64,000 nt of DNA. Source: Armatimonadota bacterium (lineage in GTDB: Bacteria > Sysuimicrobiota > Sysuimicrobiia > Sysuimicrobiales > Humicultoraceae). The notes under the pieces were generated by a model, which worked only from the letters and a program-made list of their open reading frames with translations, had not been told where the DNA came from and made no database searches. Below are positions 1-9,557 of the stretch, piece after piece (positions within the stretch are counted from its first letter, which is position 1; each line of letters begins with the position of its first letter). The DNA is taken from assembly GCA_037443365.1 (NCBI GenBank), contig JBBIOM010000001.1, positions 1,693 to 65,692 of the forward strand, read 5' to 3'. The position numbers and the translations under genes were made by a program.

Positions 1-2
1 AC

Positions 3-1115
3 CACGCGGCCCTGGTGTCGGCAGGCAAGAGCCTGGCCAGCGGGGACGATGTGCGCGTCGTCTACGGGACGGAAACGCCGGAAACGCGCTGGGTGGAACT
101 CGACCGCTTCAACTTCAACTTCGCGGCTGCTCCCACCGCCTGGAACACCACGTCCGTGCGGCTGTGGTTCCCCCTGCAGGCACCGATCGCCGCGGGTGCT
201 TCGGACAGCAACTACTACCTCCACTACGGCGACCTGTCGGCCGGCCCTCCGCCGGCGAACGGCGACCACGTCTTCCTCGACTACGAGAGCGGCGCGGTGC
301 TCGACGGATGGGGCCGGCGCGACTCGCTGGCAGGAACGAAGTCGGCCTCGACAGACGGGTTCTTCTTCAACGCCACCTCTGGGACCGGCTACCGCGAGTT
401 CAGCAAGAACGCCCCCCACGGCGATGTAGAGATCATCTGGGGCTTCCGAACCGAAGGGCCGGCGGCGCAGAGCAGCACGCGGCACATAGTCGGGATGAGC
501 GCCCGGCGCAGCGACGCCGGCGCGGGATACAGGGTCGCGGCCGGCGAGAGCACAAACACCCTGCTGCGGATCAGCAGGCAGACGGGCTGGGCTGCCACGG
601 GAACCAACCTCACCCCAACCTTTGCGGTGGTCCTCACTGTCGGAGCCGACTACTACGGGCGGTTCTCGCTGGTCGGATCGCAGCTGCGAGCCAAGGTGTG
701 GCTGGCATCGGTTGCAGAGCCCGCATGGGTGATTACGATGACAGATGCGACTTATGCCTCCGGGGCGCACTATGCCCAGGCGGACGGGTCCGCCGCCTCT
801 GCTGCCTCGCCCCAAAACCACCGCCACCGGCACATCATCCTACGGCGCCGGGTGGCTGATCCCGAGCCCACAACGGCCCTGGCCGCCGAGGAAGCCCCTC
901 CTCCGGCAGGCCCCTGGCTGCCCCTGGCCGGCCCGTTCAGGGCCATGAGCGTCCTGTGCTTCAACGCCGCGGGCGGCGCCGTGGCGTGCCCGTCGGCCCC
1001 TGGTCCATCCGCCGCCGCGGTCAGGTCGGTGCAGGTAGCGCTGACCGCCATGGATCCAACAGGAGAGGTCGCCGACATTGTGGTCACCTCGCGCGCCTAC
1101 CGGCAGGCACCCTAG
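3..1115 (+). CDS. Pilin-cluster protein with DUF2341-like and beta-sandwich domains (5' end lies before the window)
   Basis: Frame is open to the window edge. 'SLASGDDVRVVY..LWFPLQAPIAAGASDSNYYLHYG' resembles DUF2341. C-terminus 'VRSVQVALTA..VVTSRAYRQ' resembles minor pilin tails. Next gene is PilX-like. Confidence 0.6.
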   Translation, partial: HAALVSAGKSLASGDDVRVVYGTETPETRWVELDRFNFNFAAAPTAWNTTSVRLWFPLQAPIAAGASDSNYYLHYGDLSAGPPPANGDHVFLDYESGAVLDGWGRRDSLAGTKSASTDGFFFNATSGTGYREFSKNAPHGDVEIIWGFRTEGPAAQSSTRHIVGMSARRSDAGAGYRVAAGESTNTLLRISRQTGWAATGTNLTPTFAVVLTVGADYYGRFSLVGSQLRAKVWLASVAEPAWVITMTDATYASGAHYAQADGSAASAASPQNHRHRHIILRRRVADPEPTTALAAEEAPPPAGPWLPLAGPFRAMSVLCFNAAGGAVACPSAPGPSAAAVRSVQVALTAMDPTGEVADIVVTSRAYRQAP

Positions 1116-1680
1116 CCCTGCTCCTGCTGCAAGGGCCCGGCCGTCTGCGGTCCCTTTCTGGCGCGCCCGCAGGGGAGAGGCGGGCGTCGCCTTCGTCATG
1201 GCGATCGTGGTGACCATGATCCTGGCCCTGATTGTGGCCGGGGTCGCGCAGCTGATGATAGCCGAGGCGGATATGGGACGCCTGACGCGCCTGGATGCGG
1301 AGGCGCAGTACCTGGCCCAGGCAGGCCTCGAGCACCAGATCTACCGGCTCAAGGCAGACAAGACGGCCGCGGCGGTTCCCTACACCAACTACCCTGCCAG
1401 CGCAGACCAGCGCTCCTGGTTCGTCACGTCGCGACGTTGCCTGCTTCCAGCGCTGGACGACTGCACGAGCAACGTCGCCGCCCGGCGCTGGTGCATCCTG
1501 TCCACAGGGGAGATCCGCAGGTACAACCCCGACGCCACGTACGAGGTTCTTCAGACCCGCACGATCCGTGCCGAGGTGGACATCACCTACGGCGGGGCCA
1601 GTCCGCTCTACGGAACCCCCACGCGAGTCACGGTGCTCCGGTTCGAGGAAGACCTGCGCGCCTCACTCACCTGTCCCTGA
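1078..1680 (+). CDS. PilX/PulK-like minor pilin (start codon uncertain)
   Basis: Class III signal-like 'RRGEAG|VAFVMAIVVTMILALIVAG' followed by 'AQYLAQAGLE', typical of the PilX N-terminal region. Confidence 0.7.
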   Translation: MWSPRAPTGRHPSPAPAARARPSAVPFWRARRGEAGVAFVMAIVVTMILALIVAGVAQLMIAEADMGRLTRLDAEAQYLAQAGLEHQIYRLKADKTAAAVPYTNYPASADQRSWFVTSRRCLLPALDDCTSNVAARRWCILSTGEIRRYNPDATYEVLQTRTIRAEVDITYGGASPLYGTPTRVTVLRFEEDLRASLTCP

Positions 1681-2298
1681 CGAGGGCCGCTGGTCGGGCG
1701 GCAACAGCGCGGCGATCGCATCCATCAGACGCCTGCCCCAGGCATCGAGATCCTCGCGCGTGAGGCGGCCTTCGTGCCGCGGGACCGCAATGGGCGGTCC
1801 CATGCGCACGACAACCGAGTGCCGGCGGGGCAGCCGGGTGCCCTTGGGCATGGCGTGCTGCGTGCCGACCACGGCCATTGGCAGCACAGAGGCGCCGGCA
1901 CGCAGGGCCAGGAGCGCGGCCCCTGGCTCGGGCCTCATGAGCCGTCCGTCAGGGCTGCGCGTGCCCTCCGGGAACATCACGACCAGCTCGCCGTGTGCCA
2001 GTGCATCCAGGGCTGTGCGGATCGCGCGCCTGTCCGCCTGACCCCGCTTGACCGCGAAGGTGCCCACGGTGTGCAGCAGCCATCCCAATACCGGGATCTG
2101 GAGCAGTTCGTGCTTGGCCATGAAGCGCGCCCGCCGCCGGAGCGCCACCCCTGCGATCGGCGGGTCCGCGGCGCTCACGTGGTTGCACACGGCCAGAACC
2201 GGACCCTCGGCTGGCTCATTCTCGCGGCCCTCGACGCGCAGCTTGAAGTGCAGGGAGAAGTAGAAGGTGAAGAGGAGCTTCCAGAAGCTATACCACAC
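1663..2298 (-). CDS. plsC: 1-acyl-sn-glycerol-3-phosphate acyltransferase
   Basis: NHVSAAD (HxxxxD) and FPEGTRS motifs. GTG at 2298 follows AGGAG and overlaps the cmk stop. Confidence 0.9.
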   Translation of the reverse strand: MWYSFWKLLFTFYFSLHFKLRVEGRENEPAEGPVLAVCNHVSAADPPIAGVALRRRARFMAKHELLQIPVLGWLLHTVGTFAVKRGQADRRAIRTALDALAHGELVVMFPEGTRSPDGRLMRPEPGAALLALRAGASVLPMAVVGTQHAMPKGTRLPRRHSVVVRMGPPIAVPRHEGRLTREDLDAWGRRLMDAIAALLPPDQRPSSGTGE

Positions 2299-2971
2299 CG
2301 GTGCGCTCCTTGACGAGTTGTATGATCGTGGCAACCACCTGCTCTGAGGTCAGAAGGGTGGTGTCGAGGATCACGGCGTCATCAGCCGGCCGCAGCGGTG
2401 AGTGTGCCCGCGTAGCATCGCGCGCGTCGCGTTGGGCCTCCTGGCGCCGGACCTCTTCCAGGGCAACCTCAACCCCTCTTGCCTCGAGCTCGGCCTGCCG
2501 ACGCCGCGCCCTTGCTTCCAGGTCGGCCGACAGGAACACCTTCACCTCGGCATCGGGAAAGACGGCCGTGCCGATGTCCCTGCCCTCCATGACGATTCCA
2601 CCCTCGGCGCCCAGGGCCTGCTGCCGCGCCACCAGCGCGGCGCGCACTCCGGGGACGGCGCTCACGATGGAGGACGCGGCGCTGACCTCGGGCGCACGTA
2701 TCGCCCCTGTGACGTCCTCGCCGTCGAGGACGATCCCCACCCCACCGGGGGTCGAGCGGAACTCAATGGCAAGCGAGGCGGCCATGGCGGTGAGGGCGGT
2801 GGCATCGTGAGGGTCCACGCCACGCCGGGCCGCCGCCAATGCGACTGCGCGGTACATCGCGCCAGTATCAACGTACTGGAATCCCAGCCGGGCGGCCAAT
2901 GCCCGTGCCACGGTGGACTTGCCCGCCGCGGTGGGGCCGTCTATCGCCACCACAGGACGCCGTCGGCTCAT
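2288..2971 (-). CDS. cmk: Cytidylate kinase
   Basis: AIDGPTAAGKST P-loop, DTGAMYR and MEGRDIGT. ATG at 2971 overlaps the upstream stop. Confidence 0.95.
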   Translation of the reverse strand: MSRRRPVVAIDGPTAAGKSTVARALAARLGFQYVDTGAMYRAVALAAARRGVDPHDATALTAMAASLAIEFRSTPGGVGIVLDGEDVTGAIRAPEVSAASSIVSAVPGVRAALVARQQALGAEGGIVMEGRDIGTAVFPDAEVKVFLSADLEARARRRQAELEARGVEVALEEVRRQEAQRDARDATRAHSPLRPADDAVILDTTLLTSEQVVATIIQLVKERTGVV

Positions 2972-4257
2972 GGTTGGGATTCCCCCCGGGCCAGCAGCAT
3001 GCTCAGTGCCTCGATCGCCGCAGGCACGTCCCGCACCACGCGGGCGCCGCCCGCGGCCAGTCGCGCGGCCGCGGCGGCGCCCTCGCCGCCGGTGAAATCG
3101 CGCGCCTCCTGCCCCTCGACCATGATAACAGGGACTCCGGCATCCAGCGCGGCCTTGGCCACTTCCATGTTGCACAGGTTTCCCGGACCGATGGGCACGG
3201 GCGCTACGATCACCGCGCGACAAGCCCTGGCGGCCGCGGTCGCCTCGGCCCTGGCGGCCGCGCTGATCGGCGAGAACGGCGCCTCCTCGATCACCTGGGC
3301 TCCCAGGGCGCGCGCCGCCTCGTCGTCGGCGTCCATTACGTGCACCACCCCCACGCTCAGACGGCAGCCCGCCTCGGCGCACCTGTTCATGATCTCGATG
3401 CCGGTCCCGCCCCCGCAGATCACGTGGACACGCGGACCTGTGCCCCTCGCGGCCGGCCCCGGGCCGGCCGCGAGGTAAGGCCTCCCGGTCCTGGAATCCA
3501 CGCGTACGCTCACGCTCGCACCAAAGGCCTCCTGCATGAGGGCAGGGGTCACCACGGCCCCAGGACGCCCGCTCGCCAGGATCCGGCCCTGGCAGAGAAG
3601 CGCAAGGCCGTCGCAGAAACTGGCTGCCAGGTTCAGGTCGTGAATCGCGGCCACAACCGTGAGACCGCCTCGAGCCAGCGTTCTCAGCAGCTCCATGATC
3701 TCGATCTGGCGCCCCAGGTCGAGGTGGACGGTGGGTTCGTCCAGCAGCAGGAGACGCGGCTGCTGGGCCAGGGCCCTGGCAATCAGCACGCGCTGCCGCT
3801 CACCGCCGCTCAGGGTCTCGATGCCGCGCCCGGCCAGCTCCAGGGCCCCGGTTTGCCCCAGGGCCTCGTCCACGGCCCGCAGGTCGGCCTCGCCCGGGCG
3901 CTCCAGCCTGCCCAGGTGAGGGATCCTCGCCCATGCAACTGCCTCGCGCACCGTGACCCCGGACGGGATGGTCGGGTGTTGGGGGAGGACCGAGACCTGC
4001 CGGGCCAGCGCATCCACCGGCATCGCATGCGGCTCGCGGCCCTCGACCAGGACGCTACCCGCATCCGGACCCAGGGTTCCGGCGATCGCGCGCAGGAGCG
4101 TGGTCTTGCCCGCGCCGTTGGGCCCGACGACGCCGAAGAGCACGCCCGAGGGTATCTCCATGGAGACGCCGTCCAGCGCCGTGATGCCGGACAGGCGGCA
4201 GACCAGCCCGGCTATCTCGACCTGGCATCCGCCCGCCTCAGACGGCCTACGGTGCAT
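2968..4257 (-). CDS. Cobalamin/Fe-complex ABC transporter ATP-binding protein with extra C-terminal domain (BtuD-like)
   Basis: GPNGAGKTT, LSGGERQR and LLLDEPTVHLD motifs, plus a C-terminal 'RVHVICGGG' domain. Start is approximate. Confidence 0.85.
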   Translation of the reverse strand: MHRRPSEAGGCQVEIAGLVCRLSGITALDGVSMEIPSGVLFGVVGPNGAGKTTLLRAIAGTLGPDAGSVLVEGREPHAMPVDALARQVSVLPQHPTIPSGVTVREAVAWARIPHLGRLERPGEADLRAVDEALGQTGALELAGRGIETLSGGERQRVLIARALAQQPRLLLLDEPTVHLDLGRQIEIMELLRTLARGGLTVVAAIHDLNLAASFCDGLALLCQGRILASGRPGAVVTPALMQEAFGASVSVRVDSRTGRPYLAAGPGPAARGTGPRVHVICGGGTGIEIMNRCAEAGCRLSVGVVHVMDADDEAARALGAQVIEEAPFSPISAAARAEATAAARACRAVIVAPVPIGPGNLCNMEVAKAALDAGVPVIMVEGQEARDFTGGEGAAAAARLAAGGARVVRDVPAAIEALSMLLARGESQP

Positions 4258-5101
4258 GCCCCACCAGACGCGCAACGATCTCCAGGCCTTCCACGATGCG
4301 AGGGCCGGGCCTGGCTACGAGCGATGTCGGCAGGCCGTAGACCCGGCCAGCCCTCACCGCGGCGAGTCCGGACCATCCGGGCCTTCCGCGCAGCCCCTCC
4401 AGCCCCGGGTACAGCAGGAGAACCACCTGCGGGTCCTTCGCGACGACCTCCTCCAGCGCAACCGGGACATAGCCGCGACGGTCGCCGAAGATGTTGATCC
4501 CTCCGGAGCGGCTGACGAGGTCGCCCACAAGCGTCGAGCCGCCCGCAGCCAGGACGGGCTCGCGCCACACCTCTATGTAGACTCGCCGGCGCGCGGTAGG
4601 GCGCACCGCGCCCGCCCTTCGTAGCATGGAAGCGGCCAGATCCTCGCCCTGTTGGCGGCGTCCTGTCACGCGCCCGAGCAGGCGTATGAGATCAACCGTT
4701 TCGGCGAGGGAAGCGGCGTCCACCGCCAGCACGGGCAGGCCAAGCGCGCGCAGGCGCGCGAGCTGATCGTGCTGCAGGCTCGGCATTCCCACGACCAGGT
4801 CCGGCCTGAGCGCCAGCACCCGCTCCAGGCTGATTATCGCGCCGCCCACGCGCGGCCTGTCGCGCACCTTCGCGGGCGGATAGTCGTCCGAGTCGTTTAT
4901 CCCAACGATCTCCTGATCCAGGCCCAGGGCAAAGAATGACTCGGTCACGCTCGGAGCCAGCGAAACGATCCTGGCAGGCCTGGAGGGGATGCTCAGCCGC
5001 ACGCCGGAGGCGTCCGTGAGCGTAAGCGGGTAGGAAGCGCCGGCGGCTGCCATGGCGAGCAGGACTGCGGCCGCGGACAGGGTCTTCGCCATCAGCGTCA
5101 C
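4247..5101 (-). CDS. Cobalamin/iron ABC substrate-binding protein (BtuF-like)
   Basis: Signal peptide, 'PARIVSLAPSVTE', 'ERVLALRPDLV' and 'RPGPRIVEGLE'. Confidence 0.85.
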   Translation of the reverse strand: MTLMAKTLSAAAVLLAMAAAGASYPLTLTDASGVRLSIPSRPARIVSLAPSVTESFFALGLDQEIVGINDSDDYPPAKVRDRPRVGGAIISLERVLALRPDLVVGMPSLQHDQLARLRALGLPVLAVDAASLAETVDLIRLLGRVTGRRQQGEDLAASMLRRAGAVRPTARRRVYIEVWREPVLAAGGSTLVGDLVSRSGGINIFGDRRGYVPVALEEVVAKDPQVVLLLYPGLEGLRGRPGWSGLAAVRAGRVYGLPTSLVARPGPRIVEGLEIVARLVGHAP

Positions 5102-5679
5102 CGCGACTTCGCGGGCCTCCTGGCCACTATCCGGCCCAGCGCTCGGGTGCGACCTCCTTCGCGGAACAGGCCCTCCTCGAGATGCAGCACCTCCCAGCGC
5201 CGGAAGCGGTGCGCCAGCTCTCCCCTGCGCAGGCGGTGCGCAGGCCCGCGCGGGCCGGGATCAGGGACAGTGGACTCCAGATGGGTCTCCAAGACCATGA
5301 CACCGCCGGGCCGCACCGCCTCTTGAAGACGCGCGATAAGTCGCCTCTTCAGGAAGAAGGTGTTCACAACCACGTCGTACCGCGCCTTGGGAAACGGGTA
5401 TGTGTCCAGGTCGGCTTCCACCCAGGACACGCGCAGGCGCCTCCTTGCGGCCCGGCGCGCCGCCTCGGCCAGCGCGGTCGCGGAGATGTCAACGGCGCAC
5501 ACATCGTAGCCGGCCGACGCCAGGAGTAGCGCGTTGCGCCCAAGGCCCGTGGCCACGTCCAGGGCGCGCCCTCGGGGAAGATGCGGCAGCCACCTGCGCA
5601 ACAGGCCGGACGGCGGACCATCGTGCACGCGCTCGCCCGCGCCGTATCTGGCCTCCCACTTCGCGCGATCAGCCCTCAT
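5098..5679 (-). CDS. Class I SAM-dependent methyltransferase (TehB-like)
   Basis: 'RALDVATGLGRNALLLA..GYDVCAVDIS' SAM-binding motif I. Confidence 0.85.
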   Translation of the reverse strand: MRADRAKWEARYGAGERVHDGPPSGLLRRWLPHLPRGRALDVATGLGRNALLLASAGYDVCAVDISATALAEAARRAARRRLRVSWVEADLDTYPFPKARYDVVVNTFFLKRRLIARLQEAVRPGGVMVLETHLESTVPDPGPRGPAHRLRRGELAHRFRRWEVLHLEEGLFREGGRTRALGRIVARRPAKSR

Positions 5680-5700
5680 GCCAGGGCCCCGCCGCCGCGC

Positions 5701-6249
5701 TCACTCCCGGGGATCGAGCATGCTCTGCACGAGCACCTCACCCGCGGGCGGCAGGTCGGAGAGACCGCGCAGGCCGAAGTACCGCAGGAACCGCTCGGTC
5801 GTCCCAAACAGCATGGGACGCCCCACGCTCTCGCGCCGGCCCACAACGCGGATCAGCTGACGCTCGAGCAGCCGCTCGACGTGCCAGTCGCTGCTGCTTC
5901 CGCGGATCTGCTCGATGTCGCCCCTGGTCGCCGGCTGCTTGTAAGCGACTATCGCCAGGGTCTCAAGGGCTCCGCGTGACAGCGACTCGCCTTGCTCGCG
6001 CTGCAGGAACCGGCGCACGAGGTCGGAGTGCTCGGGCCGCGTGCAGAGCTGATAGCCGCCTGCCACGGCCTGCACCTGCAGGCCCATGTCGGCCAGGCGC
6101 GCCTCCAGACGCTCCACCGCCTCCCGGGCGCGATCCTGCGTGACATCGAGCGCGGCCGCCAGGCGATCCAGCGGAGCAGGCCGGTCTGCCACGAACAGCA
6201 GGCTCAGGACCGCGCGGGACAGTTCAGCGATCTCCTCAGAGGGCTCCAT
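5701..6249 (-). CDS. scpB: SMC-Scp complex subunit ScpB
   Basis: 'LSRGALETLAIVAYKQPATRGDIEQIRG' and 'GRPMLFGTTERFLRYFGL'. Confidence 0.95.
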   Translation of the reverse strand: MEPSEEIAELSRAVLSLLFVADRPAPLDRLAAALDVTQDRAREAVERLEARLADMGLQVQAVAGGYQLCTRPEHSDLVRRFLQREQGESLSRGALETLAIVAYKQPATRGDIEQIRGSSSDWHVERLLERQLIRVVGRRESVGRPMLFGTTERFLRYFGLRGLSDLPPAGEVLVQSMLDPRE

Positions 6250-6993
6250 CTAGGCCTTCTTGACCAGGATCGGCGCCAGCGGCGAAGCCTGCTCCACGCG
6301 CACCTTCTGATCCATGATGAGTTCCAACAGCGCCAGGAACGTGACAACAACGACGACCACCGTGGCCTGTCTGGGGAACAGCATAGGGAACTCGACGCCC
6401 CAGGGTGAGGCATCCAGGGCCCCCAGGATGATCGCCATGCGATCGGCCACTCGCACCGGCTCGCCCACGACCTCGGCGGCCCGCTCCTCCCGGGCGCGCG
6501 CCAGCATGCCCTCGAAGGCGCGGAAGAGGTCCTCCACGGTCACGCCTTCCAGCAGGATGTCGGCCGGTTCGCCGCGCGGCGGCCGCAAGAACACCTTCTG
6601 CTGGAGGCTCTCCAGCGCCCGCAGCGCCTCCGCGGCCTCCCGGAAGGCCCGGTACTCGGCGAGCTGCTGCTCCATGCGCTCCGGGAGGTCACCCTCCTCC
6701 GGGACCTGGATGGGCTCGGGCGGAGGCGGTTTCGGCAGCAAGAGCTTCGCCTTCATCTCCACCAGCGCGGCGAGCAGCCACAGCGTCTCGACGGCCTGGT
6801 TCAGTTCCAGCGAAGCCCTCGATCGCGTCAGGAACTCCTCGGCCAACTCGGCCAGCGGGATGGCGTTCAGGTCTATCTTCCCCTGGTGGGCGAGCGTGAC
6901 AAGCAGGTCGAGCGGACCTTCGTATCCCGGCACGCTCACCGTGTAGCACGACTCAGTGGAGCGCGTGAATGGGCCTGAGGGCTTGATTGTCAT
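6250..6993 (-). CDS. scpA: Segregation/condensation protein A
   Basis: 'YEGPLDLL', 'EMKAKLLLP' and 'VTFLALLEL'. ATG at 6993 overlaps the upstream TGA. Confidence 0.93.
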   Translation of the reverse strand: MTIKPSGPFTRSTESCYTVSVPGYEGPLDLLVTLAHQGKIDLNAIPLAELAEEFLTRSRASLELNQAVETLWLLAALVEMKAKLLLPKPPPPEPIQVPEEGDLPERMEQQLAEYRAFREAAEALRALESLQQKVFLRPPRGEPADILLEGVTVEDLFRAFEGMLARAREERAAEVVGEPVRVADRMAIILGALDASPWGVEFPMLFPRQATVVVVVVTFLALLELIMDQKVRVEQASPLAPILVKKA

Positions 6994-7610
6994 CAAAGCC
7001 CTCCTGCGCCGAGCGCTACCCCAACCAGCCAGCGAACGGGCTGATCCAGCAAGAGCCCGATGATCCGGCCCGGCAGCAGAACCAGCGCCAGCAACAAGAG
7101 GGGACCAAACGAAGCCAGCCGATCGTACGATTGCGCCTGGGCCGGGGGCAGCAGGCCGAGCAGTATCTTGGATCCATCGAGAGGGTGGATGGGCAGTAGG
7201 TTGAAGATCGCCAGCACCGCGTTGATTAGGATCACCGTGAGCACCAGGCCCGCCAACCACGTACCCGGCGCTACCAGGCCAAGCTGGTAGGCGAGCCCGA
7301 GCGCGAGCGCCGACGCCACGTTCGCGACCGGGCCTGCCGCCGCCACCACGAGCATCCCCCGGCGCGGATCCGGGAAGTACCTCGGGTTCACCTCGACCGG
7401 CCTGGCCCATCCAAACCCTGCGAGCAAGAGCAACAGCGAGCCGATCGGGTCGAGGTGCACGACCGGGTTGAGCGACAGGCGGCCACGGACGCGCGGCGTC
7501 GGATCACCCAGCCTGTCCGCAGTCCAGGCGTGCGCGAACTCGTGCACCGTGACGGCGACAAGGATCGCCAGTACGCGCCAGAGCAGGGTCCCGGGGTCCC
7601 CTCCCAGCAT
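6993..7610 (-). CDS. Site-2 protease family (M50) membrane peptidase
   Basis: HEFAH, 'AAAGP' and 'FNLLPIHPLDG' motifs. Confidence 0.93.
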   Translation of the reverse strand: MLGGDPGTLLWRVLAILVAVTVHEFAHAWTADRLGDPTPRVRGRLSLNPVVHLDPIGSLLLLLAGFGWARPVEVNPRYFPDPRRGMLVVAAAGPVANVASALALGLAYQLGLVAPGTWLAGLVLTVILINAVLAIFNLLPIHPLDGSKILLGLLPPAQAQSYDRLASFGPLLLLALVLLPGRIIGLLLDQPVRWLVGVALGAGGL

Positions 7611-8968
7611 CAGGCATCACCCCGCTGTGAGGCGGCCCTGGGCCCGGCGCCGTCACGCCGCGGCAGGGCGCGGTCGAGCCGCACCACATCGGCAGGGCTC
7701 TCGCGCATGACCGCTATGTGAGCCTCGCCGTCGCGCACGAACACGAGCGCGGGTCGCGGGAAGCGGTTGTAGTTGCCGGCCATCGAGTAGTTGTACGCGC
7801 CGGTGGAGAACACCGCCAGGAGATCGCCGGTGGCCACCTCGGGCAGCCGGGCGTCCCAGATCAGCACGTCGCCGGACTCGCAACACCGCCCGGCGATCGA
7901 CACCCGGCTCGTGGGCTCTTCGCGCAAACGCGTTGCCGCAACGGCCTCGTACTGCGCACCGTAGAGCGCGGGGCGGGGGTTCTCGTACATCCCGCCGTCC
8001 ACGGATACGTACCGGCGCACGCCCGAGATGTCCTTGATGGCGCCCACCGTATAGAGCGTCAAGCCCGCGCCGCCCACTATCGCGCGGCCGGGTTCGATCA
8101 TCATCAGCGGCAGGGGCATCCTGTAACGCGCGGCGAGATCGCGCACCACCTCGGCCATCACGTGCACGTGATCGCGCGGGGACGGCGGCTCCTGATCTGC
8201 CAGGTACCGGATGCCCAGGCCCCCGCCCAGGTTGAGCTCCTCGAGAGCGAACCCGCTCCCCCGCATCTCGGCCGCGAACGAGACCAGGGATCGGGCAGCC
8301 ATCGCAAACGGGGCCAGGTCGAGTATCTGCGAGCCGATGTGGCAGTGCAGCCCGCGCAGGCGCACACCGGGCAACTCGAGGGCACGGTGCACCGCGCTCT
8401 CCGCGGACGGCCCCAGGAGCCCGAAACCGAACTTGGAGTCCACGCCCCCGGTCTGGATGGCCTTGTGCGTGTGGGGCTCGATGCCAGGGGTGACGCGCAG
8501 CAGTATGTCGGCCCGGCGGCCGCGCTCGCGCGCCAGGCTGTCGAGCAAGACCAGCTCGGATTCGTTGTCCACCACGAACCGGCCAACGCCGACGTCCAGG
8601 CCGTGCGCGATCTCCTCGGGCGTCTTGTTGCTGCCGTGGAAGAAGAGGTCGGCGGCCGGCACACCCGCAGTCAGCGCGGTGAGGATTTCGCCGACGCTGA
8701 CAACGTCAATGCCAAGCCCCTCCTCGTGCGCGACCTGGCACGACGCGACGGTGCAGAGCGACTTGGACGCAAACAGCACCCGGACAGGGCCGGGATACTC
8801 ATCCCGCATCGCCTGGAGGTAGGCGCGGCAGTTCGCGCGCATGCGCTCTTCGTCCAGGACGTACAGCGGCGTGCCGAACCTGGCTGCCAGATCGGCGGCG
8901 CGCATGCCGCCGATGACTAGGTGGCCCTGGCCGTCCTGGTCGAATCCGTGCCGTTGGGAGAGATGCAT
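7610..8968 (-). CDS. lysA: Diaminopimelate decarboxylase
   Basis: 'FGTPLYVLDE', FASKS (PLP lysine), 'HCHIGSQI', 'EPGRAIV' and 'GRCCESGD'. Confidence 0.95.
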   Translation of the reverse strand: MHLSQRHGFDQDGQGHLVIGGMRAADLAARFGTPLYVLDEERMRANCRAYLQAMRDEYPGPVRVLFASKSLCTVASCQVAHEEGLGIDVVSVGEILTALTAGVPAADLFFHGSNKTPEEIAHGLDVGVGRFVVDNESELVLLDSLARERGRRADILLRVTPGIEPHTHKAIQTGGVDSKFGFGLLGPSAESAVHRALELPGVRLRGLHCHIGSQILDLAPFAMAARSLVSFAAEMRGSGFALEELNLGGGLGIRYLADQEPPSPRDHVHVMAEVVRDLAARYRMPLPLMMIEPGRAIVGGAGLTLYTVGAIKDISGVRRYVSVDGGMYENPRPALYGAQYEAVAATRLREEPTSRVSIAGRCCESGDVLIWDARLPEVATGDLLAVFSTGAYNYSMAGNYNRFPRPALVFVRDGEAHIAVMRESPADVVRLDRALPRRDGAGPRAASQRGDA

Positions 8969-9022
8969 AAACCCCGGAACCCGGTCAGCGAAGCACGCGG
9001 GATGCGCCCGAAAACCGATGCC

Positions 9023-9051
9023 AATCTAGCATGCGTGCCAGGAGGTGTCAA
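9023..9051 (-). promoter_or_regulatory. Sigma-70-type promoter of the lysA operon
   Basis: Minus strand TTGACA-N17-TAGATT with an extended -10 TG. Confidence 0.7.
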
Positions 9052-9071
9052 CGCGCGCCGATGCTACGGGG

Positions 9072-9556
9072 CTGTGATTCAGATACACGGGGGGTCTCGT
9101 CCTGGCGAGGCTATCGTGGGCTGGCAGGGCGCGAGGGCGAGGACGCCTGGAAACGAATAGAGGGGGGTCTTCCTCGGAGCCTATCAGGGCCTCAGAGGTG
9201 CCGCCCGTAGTACAGCGCATCGATGGGGTCTGATGCCGCCTCTGGCTCCATGCCAGGAGACCGATCCCGCAGCAGCCGCCACACTGAAGATCGCACAGGC
9301 TCCTTCCCCGTAGACGGTCAATGTGACCTTGCAGGCGCTCCAGCTCCAACAGCCGGCTCAAAGCCAGCGCGTCGGTGTAGGCGTCCATCCCAGTCTTCAA
9401 CGGCACCACCACGTCGATCCCCTGCCGCTTCCACCGCGTGATCGTCGCCCCATCGCAGAACTCCCGGTCACACAGCAGGAGCCGCATCGCTCCCCGCCCC
9501 ACCCACGCCGCCCAGGCGCCTTTCAGCGATCGGGGAGGCTCGCGTCTGAATCACAG
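9072..9556 (-). mobile_element. Internally deleted IS remnant (DDE, IS4-like), copy 1
   Basis: Terminal inverted repeats CTGTGATTCAGA (9072) and TCTGAATCACAG (to 9556). Contains the transposase-like fragment 'RLLLCDREFCDG..GIDVVVPLKTGMDAY'. Confidence 0.75.
9330..9502 (-). pseudogene. DDE transposase fragment
   Basis: 'LLLCDREF' resembles the 'LLxDRGF' motif around the second catalytic Asp of IS4-type transposases. It is truncated and lies between the TIRs. Confidence 0.6.
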
Positions 9557-9557
9557 G

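Noticed and set aside
8969-9060. Lysine riboswitch upstream of lysA
   Set aside because: The leader from the predicted promoter is only about 50 nt, too short for one.
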